Below, piece after piece: positions 12,401-21,400 of a stretch of DNA of 23,519 nt; within the stretch, counting starts at the first letter, position 1; every line of letters starts with the position of its first letter. The position numbers and the translations under genes were made by a program. A model generated the notes under the pieces. It had not been told where the DNA came from, did not search any database, and saw only the letters and a list, made by a program, of their open reading frames with translations. Where the stretch lies: the NCBI GenBank assembly GCA_002269645.1, contig NIVC01005180.1:1-23519 (forward strand). The letters are read 5' to 3'. The DNA comes from Macrostomum lignano. Its lineage: Eukaryota.

Positions 12401-15400
12401 CTGAAGAAGAAGCTGCTGCCGTTGAAGCAGAAGACGCCGCTCGAGCATCTCGGCCGAGTCGGTGGAGACGCCGCTGCTGACGCCAGACGCGGCTGACAGA
12501 GCATCATCGTCGACGCTGCCGGAGTCGCCGGTGCCGCCGGTGCTGGTGCCGGAGGCGGCGTCGGAGCCGACGCTGTGCAGCAGCAGGTGCTGCTGGTTGC
12601 CGCCCAGCTGCTCCGTCAGCACGGCGTTCTTCTCCACTGAGCGCAGGCCGGAGCCCTCGGCCGCCGACAACGTGGTGGTGACGGTGCCGCCGAATGAAGC
12701 GATGTTGCTGTCCGTCTTGTCGTGCTGGTGATGCGGATGCACCAGGTGGTGCTGCAGCTTAGTAGTCATTGTTTATTCCCTAACGGTTTTTTTACCTGCG
12801 AGCCCTCCGCGCCGAGCAGGGCAGACACAGAGCGAGGCTGGGCAAGCTTGGCGCGGGGCCGGCCTGAACTGCCCCCGCAAATAAATGGCCGCCAGCGTCG
12901 GAGAGACGCTGAAGAGAGGGGGGGTTGGCTGGCGGAGTGCACGACCCCCCCTCCAGCGCGCCAATAACCGAGACGACGAGAGGCCCGGGCTGGAGAGCGA
13001 ATGCGGCACCCTCTGCAGGCCTCCGTGCGCTGGCGAACGCCAAGACTGGAACTTCGAAGCTGCAATATCGAGCGACAGTCCGGGGGAGGGGAGGAAGGAG
13101 GGAGCGGGGGAGAGACAGGCGCAGGCGCAGGGAGGAGGCATTCCATTTTAGCTCGTAAAAGCTTGAAGCGAGCACCGTCCCGGGGCAGCGCGCAGTATAG
13201 GGTTCGACGGTAGGCTCGAGTGCCGGTGGGGGGGGCAATGGCGAAAACACGGGCGCGGATATGCGGGGGGAGCGGCTTGCACTGCACAGGCAGAGGCTGG
13301 GAGAAGTTGCTATCGCTTAAGCTTAACCCAAGACCCGCAAGCCAATGCTGCCTGGAGGGGGGGGATAACTGAGGCACAGGGTTCGGGTTTCTCGCCCGCT
13401 GCATGGGCCGTCAGTGGTGGGCATCGCAGCCAGAAGACGCCTGACAACTGGCCTCTCCTTATCCGCATCCCAGCTGTGCTGCTGCATAACTTGACACGGA
13501 AGATTTCCGCAGCAGAAGTTGGAGGGAGGGGGGCGATATGAAAAAAGCCAACCAGTTCCCCTTGTAGTGACAGAATTGAAGCTCGTGCACCTACTCATGG
13601 GAGGCCCTAGCAGAGCTGAACTTCAATGCAACGTGCGCCAGCCACCGTGGCGGCGAAACTGGCATCAAGCCAGGAGACGATGCTGACCAGGCTTCAAATT
13701 TATTTCGATTGAAGTAATTTTAGTACAGCATGCCTAAAGCAGACTACTCACAAGTAGCCAAGTAGGCATTGTAGGCAAATCTGCTGCTGTAAGTAATGTG
13801 GCAAGCAGATGTGTCGATTGGAAAGGAAGTCGCTGAACTGCCGCTCAATTTGCTATCAAACAGGCAACACATGACTGCCGGCCATCAAAGGGTCGGCCGC
13901 GCCTTCACTCCCGGCTGGCGGGCTAATTCAATGCAAACAGTAATCTCTCTGCTTGACTCGGAAAGTCGTCCGTCATCGGGTCGGGTGGCCGCGGAGTGGG
14001 TGGCAGAGCGGGAGTGACTCAGCTGCCGCATCATGCAGCCACGCAGTTCACGAATAATAAAGCAAACAGTCGGCAGGGGCATTCGGCAGGCCGCTGACAG
14101 CTCCCCTGCTGCTGGGAATGTCGGCCTGATCAGGCCCGCCAGCCCGCACTCTGCTGCCAGTGACGCCGCTTCTGGCTTCTTCTTTCGGCTAAAATTGAGT
14201 GTCTCGCTCAGTGCAATGACCCCCTACTTGGGTACATTCCAGTGCTTGCTTGCTTTCCTCCTCATTTAACTCCTCTGCATCTTCTTCCCGGCAAAGCGGT
14301 CCAGCATCTTCACTCACCGTTCCGCCGTTGCCGCCGCAGCCGCCGTCTCCGCCGCGGTCGCCCTCGCCGGAGCGGCTCTCCTCGCCTCGGCCGCCGGGTC
14401 CGCCGCCGCCGCCTCGTCCACCGTGGCCGCCGCAACCGCCGGCACCGCCCCGGCCGCCGCGGCCGCCGTGCAAGTCGGCGAAGATGATGGCGTCGCGGCC
14501 CATGTCCACGCAGTCCTCCTCCAGGCCGCCGCCGGACACGCGAAGCGAGGCGGGGTTGCCCGACAGCAGCAGGTGGAAGGAGTGCCCGTCCTCTCCCGCC
14601 TCGCCGTCCTCGCCGTTCAGGCCGCGGCCGCCGTCGCCGCCGCGACCGCCGTCTTCGCCGCGACCACCGGCTGCAGAGTTTGGATGAGTGGAATGAGACA
14701 GCGGGCCTGAATGCTCTAAAATGCTCCATCAGCCACTTGGAACTCCAACTGGCATGGGGTAGCAGCCTCCGAGCAACTGGGATTCCAGTCTATTGACCGC
14801 GTGCACAGCAGGCAGCTCACATTGCAGGAGCAGCTGCCGACCAAATTTTTGAATTATTTAACAGCACAGCAATATTCGCCAAATATTCCAGGAATTGCCT
14901 TGGATAAACTCGGGTTCCGGGATGTGAGAGAACAGATGGGGGATGAAGGCAGGGGGGAATACGAGGGTAAATAAGGCTGCTGGAATTCTCCCAGACCAGA
15001 TTCTCGATACTTCTGCGGTAGCATTCTGAACTTGGCTTCTAGGAAAGCAGATTAAACCCCTCGCATCTCACTTTGAGCAGTTTGAATGCGCGGGATGCGA
15101 GCTAGGATGAAGTGTAAATGAGAGCCCGGCCTGCTTAACTTGAGAAGGGCTTATTAAAGATTGTGTAGCAGAGAAGAGAAACGGCTTCATTCCCGGCGCG
15201 CACAATGGCATTTTGAGCGCTGCTAAGAAGCCACCCACGCGCGCGAGATTAAATAAGCGGGCGCGGCAACAACAAAGGCACCGGAGGGGATTTTGGCGGC
15301 CTGAGCCAAACACGGCCAGCAGGGCTGCACAGCCGCAAATTGGCCTCATGGGCCAGTTTTGGGGATTCATGGGGCAAATCAGCGGGCAGCGGATTCATTT

Positions 15401-15409
15401 CTTTCTGTC

Positions 15410-15460
<51 letters not shown>

Positions 15461-18400
15461 GCCTATTTTAGCTGGGCAGCATTGCGGGGATATAGATGAA
15501 GGATGAAGCTCTGCGGTGGAGTCTGGGGCTGGGCCAGATGCGGCCCGGGCAGCCGGGCTGAGTGGCGGGCGGAAGGCGTGAGCTGGTGGGGATGCGGTGG
15601 CAAATTTGTGCTCAGTGCTGATAATCCAATGTGAGCAATGCCAGGGAAGCTGGGAGATGAAGCCCTCCCTTCCAGTGTTTCGCACAATCAATGGCCGCGG
15701 GGTGAGCAGCGCAGAGAGAAACACTGGGGGGAGGCAGCGAAAGACTCGAAAATGCCCCCCTCTCTCTGAAAAAGTACAAAGTAGCCGGCCGGCGGGAGTA
15801 GGGAGGTGGGGGAGGGCAAGGCCGCCGAGAACCGGGGCCGGTTAAACGCCCGGGCCAAGTGGCCTCCCCGCCGCTGCCTGCCTCTCTCGGCCCTCCCTTC
15901 CTCTGGCGCAATTCCCATGGGAAGCGGAGCAGCGGGGCCTCCCAGAGTGGCAGAAGTATATTATTTTTATTCAGGCGCTCCCCCAGCCTGCTCGAGGCCT
16001 CTGAGAGTCCATCAGGCTGAGCTGCTGCGGTTCTAGGAACTCTCCTAACCCCCCGGTGATCCCCACCTGGCCCCGCACTTCCCAACCCATTCCAAACCCC
16101 AATATTAATCTACAGCGCAATTCGGCTGAACTCAGCGGCGAGCTTATCTGTCTCGAAAATGAAAAAAAAGGGCAATTAGTCCCAGCGCGAGGGCCAGCAG
16201 AAGCAGATTAGTCTGAGATTGCTGCAGCCTCCGCGTCTCTAAAAGCATTATTTTTAACAATAGACTGTCTCGCCATCAAAAAACTAATTAATTCTGAAGC
16301 AGACACAGGCAATGCTAAAAAGTGCAACGTGGGGACGCCCACGCAGCTCACCGATGCAGGCCGGCATGCCCTCCTCGCCTGGGTGGCCGTCCCGACCGTC
16401 TTCGCCCTTCAGCCCGTCGACTCCGTTCAGGCCGCAGGATGAGATCACAATGAGCTGGGGCTGAAAAAGGGGGAAATGATCGATTTAATACTCGTATGTG
16501 GCGATGCTTTCAAAGCTTTTTCCACTGTTGGTCTCACACAGCTAGGTGGCGGTCTTTTGGTCGGACACAGCTAGGTGGCAGTCTTTTGGTCGGACACAGC
16601 TAGGTGGTCTTTTGGTCGGACACAGCTAGGTGGTCTTTTGGTCGGACACAGCTAGGTGGTCTTTTGGTCGGACACATCTAGGTGGTCTTTTGTCGGACAC
16701 AGCTAGGTGGCGGTCTTTTGGCCGGACACAACTAAGTGGCTGTCTTTTGGTCGGACACAGCCGTCTTTTGGCCGGTCTCAGCTACGGTCTTTGGTTGGGA
16801 CAGGAGATACGAGTAAAACAGAGAGATCGGACATGCGGCCGCGCAGAGGAGCGGACAGAGGTGAGCTGAGGTCAACGGTGGGAAAACCGACACAGGAAAT
16901 GAAGCAACTTGAAGTGCCAGAGCTCAAGAGGTTCCCATGGGAATTAATAAAATAAAAATCCCAGTTAAGCCGTCTTATCCCGCTAATGTCCCAGGTAAAC
17001 TGCTCTGATTATGCCTTCTCCCCCTGGCGCAATCCAGGAAGCGGATTAGGGACAGCGCAGCCTGGCAGTGGTCTGATCCCCAGCCCTGCCCCGGTCCAAA
17101 AGTGCAGGCGAACGCAGGGCTGCAGGCGCGGCCGCACAATGCTGCTAAAAATAGCCACCGACCGAACCAGGCTGGCAGACCGCAGTCGCGGAATTTCGCT
17201 GACTTTTTTGGCTCGCTTCCAACCGGGGATCGGGGAGGCATTGTTTGTTAACGAGGCTGGGCTCTCACTGCGCCGCTACAACTAAGGCCCAGACTCCCCA
17301 TCACATTCAAAGCTTCATCGAGAAGAGCTTCTGTCTAAAATGGGATACTTTAAAAAAATTCCCCTGCTCTTTTCCCATGCCAATAAATCAATGGCTGAAT
17401 ACATCAGCCTCTGCTCTCTCTGCATCGCAGATTCCCGGAGTTCAGCCTCATCATGAATTGAGATGCGCCAGCAAAAAATCTCCGATTTCAAAAGTACAAA
17501 AAACCACTCAACAATTCACCCAAATTCACGACACTGCTCACCTAAATTCAGTGACACTGCTCACCTAAATTCAGTGACACTGCTCACCTAAATTCAGTGA
17601 CACTGCTCACCTAAATTCAGTGACACTGCTCACCCAAATTCAGTGACACTGCTCACCTAAATTCAGTGACACTGCTCACCCAAATTCAGTGACACTGCTC
17701 ACCCAAATTCAGTGACACTGCTCACCCAAATTCAGTGACACTGCTCACCCAAATTCAGTGACACTGCTCACCCAAATTCAGTGACACTGCTCACCCAAAT
17801 TCAGTGACACTGCTCACCCAAATTCAGTGACACTGCTCACCCAAATTCAGTGACACTGCTCACCCAAATCCAGGTTTACAAAAAGTTAAAATTTTCCTCC
17901 CCAACGAATCACAGCTTGAAAACAGAGCAGTGAGAGAGGCGGCTTGGGCAGCAAGATGAAGAACGCGCGAGCCTGTATCAGGCAACTGTGCCAGTCCCCG
18001 TGTATCCGCCCCTCCCCCTACCCTACTCACGCTGAGCAGCAGTCGCCCCAGATTCGACCCAGTTGGCGAGACAGCGGGGGGGGGGGGCAGGGGAGGCCGG
18101 GGCGGACAGATCTGCCCAGCCCAGACCGCCCCGGCCTCTTTCACGCTTGGCAGGCAGGCAGCCCGGTGCTTTTCCCACGGCAGCGCGAGTTCAGGGCTGC
18201 CCTCCCCTTAACTAAGCTGCTTTTATCCCTGGGATTCGCTGCTGTCCGGCTATTTTAGCCTCAGCTTACTCCATTTCCCCATTCTCTCTGCCTCTATCAG
18301 CTGCTCAGCAGCTGAGCTTATCTGGCAAGCCGGTGAATGCAGCGCCATCATCCTCACTCACTGCAACGGACTTCTTCAGCGGATCTCTGCTAAAAGTGCT

Positions 18401-21400
18401 TAAAAACGAAGAGAAAAGAAGAGCAGAGGCAGGCTATGAAAGACTGGCAGATCTTTGAGAAGATGGAGCCCTCAGTGCTATTTGCAGCGATGGGCGGGTA
18501 TTAACAGTCCCCTGAAGGACTGATTTTTTATTAGAGGCAATATTCACAACCGGCAAGAGGCATTACTGCCCATTCCGCTGACTCCCCTGAGCAGCCACAC
18601 AGGAGTGTACAGCGGCCCTAACTTTGTTTATCCTTAAGTATTTAGTAGGTACACTTCACTGTGCCTTGGCTCTCAAGGGCGCTACAATACTAGGCTACGG
18701 CCCCCTTAGAATGAAAGGGTAGGTAGCCGCTGAAAATCAGTGGGAGGCCTCCCCAAAGCCTCACCTTAGAGCGAGCGGCCTCAGCCATTTTCTCGGCCTC
18801 CAGCACGCTGAGATTCTCCGGGGACAGCAGAATGTCGGCCGTGGAGCTCTGCCGGCCCTCCGGCTCGCGGTAGATGACGTACTTGGTGGGCTGCTGGCAC
18901 GGCTGCTGCAGCTGGTCGTTGGCGGTGGCCCGGTCGGCACCGCGGGGGTCCTCGTAAAACACGGCCTTGTTGGCGTGGTCCACGAACACCGCCCGGTCCA
19001 GGTTGAAGTCCCACAGGTGCTGCACGTGCTCAGGCAGGCCGAATTCCTCGCCCTCGCCAAGGTTCAGCGGCCAGCGGACCGGCGGCCCGTGCGGCGGCAA
19101 GAACGTGTCATCCTCCTGGCGGCGGCGCCTTCGGCTCTGCGAGGCGCCGTCTCCGGCAGCCAGCAGGGGTGGCGGCGTGTGTTCCTGCTGGCGGAACTGC
19201 CGGCCGGGTGGGGCGGCGACAAGGCATAATTAGTCAGGTGCTCAGACTGAGCCTCATCACCTCCAGGTGCTCAGACTGAGCCTCATACCCCAGTTGCTAG
19301 ACTGAGCCCCATCCCCCAGGTGCTCAGACTAAGCCTCATCCCCTTCAGGTGCTCAGTCCATCCCCCAAGTGCTCATCATTCAATTATCAGCCCAGCGCCC
19401 TTTCGAGCACTCACCACAGCGGGCACCTGGCAGGACTTCATCTGAGTCATGATGGACTCATAGCTTGGCGGCTGCTGGCTCTGGCCGGTAGGTTGATAGC
19501 GGGAACTCGGCCGGCCGGTGTCGGAGCCGCGGGATTCGCTGCTGTGCGCCTCGTGAGACAGCTGGGCGTCCAGCATGCTGGGGTGGCACTTGTCCCAGCG
19601 GCCCTGGAACTCCTGCCGCTGGCGTTCGCGATGCAAATGTCATTTTGCGGTTTAAACAGGTGACAGTGGAATTATTCCAATGGAGAAGCGGCCACTCCCA
19701 AAATATCCCTCAGGAAGGGCGGAGAGGCGAATTCCCCGCATTGAGGAAGCGGCCACTCCCAAAATATTCCTCAGGAAGGGCGGAGAGGCGAATTCCCCGC
19801 ATTGAGGAAGCGGCCACTCCCAAAATATCCCTCAGGAAGGGCGGAGAGGCGAATTCCCCGCATTGAGGAAGCGGCCACTCCCAAAATATCCCTCAGGAAG
19901 GGCGGAAAGGCGAATTCCCCGCATTGAGGAAGCGGCCACTCCCAAAATATCCCTCAGGAAGGGCGGAGAGGCGAATTCCCCGCACTGAGGAAGCGGCCAC
20001 TCCCAAAATATCCCTCAGGAAGGGCGGAGAGGCGAATTCCCCGCATTGAGGAAGCGGCCACTCCCAAAATATTCCTCAGGAAGGGCGGAGAGGCGAATTC
20101 CCCGCATTGAGGAAGCGGCCATATCTAAAAAAATCCCCAAGTGCCGATCAAACCGCCTCGAGACGAGCAGGGAGTAGTCGGTCTTTCTGCCAACGCGAAG
20201 CCACTTGAATAAAAGCGGGAAGAAGGGCCGGTATGGGAATCCGACCCCGGCCCGATATGTGCAGCAGGCAGGCTATTGAGGAATCGCCTGCCTGCCTGCC
20301 CGGGAGTCAGGCAGAAGAGAGCAGGGCGCATTGAAGAGCCACAGAAATTCCGGCGGGCCCGGGCAGCCCCGGACCCTCCCCCGCCGCTAACAAAGTGTCG
20401 CTCGAGGGGTCACCCGGACACGGCGGCAGAGCGGATCGCCACCAGCGGAGCGGCCGGTGTTTGTTTACGACCGGCCCGCGCCGGCCAGCAGCGCCTCCGC
20501 CGGCAGTCCGCAACAGCAGATTTTTTAATTAGCCAAGCCGGCGGCTCGCGAATAAGCGAACTATAAATTATTGTTGGAAAGTGGGCGGCGCGGCCGGGCG
20601 TTGGCGAATCGCTTAAGACGATGGGGCGAGGGGTCGGCGTTTCGGACAGACAGGGAAAACATGCCCCCCACCGGTGACCCCCGTGAAGGACGCCCCGTCT
20701 AGCAGCACTTGAGGCAGGTTGGCAGGCAGGGAGGCTCCGGCCGAGCCCCGCTGGAAGCGAGCCAAAGGCAACAGAAGTGTGCGGCCTGGTGCACCAGAGA
20801 GAGAACAGCAGAAGCTTTGGACAAGAAGAAATTTACTGAAACTGTTTGATTGAAGTGAGTCACCAGAGATTGAATTTAAAATAAGGGAATTACCAGAGTT
20901 GAGTAAAATTAATCAAGGGTATTGCAAGCCTCTGGTGAATTAACACCTTTAAAACTTGGGGAATTACAAGCTTCGGCTGAATTACAACTAAGGGAATCAC
21001 AAGCTTCGGCTGAATTAAAACTAAGGGAATTACAAGCTTCGGCTGAAGTAAAACTAAGGGAATTACAAGCTTCGGCTGAATTAAAACTAAGGGAATTATA
21101 AGCTTCGGCTGAATTAAAACTAAGGGAATTACAAGCTTCGGCTGAATTAAAACTAAGGGAATCACAAGCTTCGGGTCAATTCAAACCAAGGGGACTATCA
21201 GCAGGTGAAGGCAAGCAAAAAGAAATTCCCAGTTCGAGTCGGCGGGCATTGAGCGGGCAAGCCAAATCGGGAATGAATCTGCTGAACAGCAGTGTAAGAG
21301 CAAACCTCGTTGCCATGGGAGACAAAGTCGAGGCCGGGCCGCGGCTCGGGGCAGGTCGGGTCGTCAAACAGGCGTCTGAGCACCAGCATCCAGCGGTACA

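Noticed and set aside
13620-13660. Hammerhead-like stem followed by GAAAC
   Set aside because: No CUGANGA upstream.
3379-14710. Plus-strand ORFs opposite the exons (3379..3984, 4673..4996, 7466..7852, 10854..11384, 11720..12052, 12107..12496, 14250..14687 and others)
   Set aside because: Antisense shadows of GC3-rich minus-strand coding sequence; splice signals support only the minus strand.
7460-16460. Calling the gene a collagen or mycobacterial PE-PGRS protein
   Set aside because: Gly-X-Y runs are short, interrupted and proline-poor; there is no signal peptide or PE domain; the gene is spliced. The similarity is compositional.
20890-21165. PLVLIQPKLVI repeat ORF
   Set aside because: Translation of the 33-bp minisatellite; no splice or start support.
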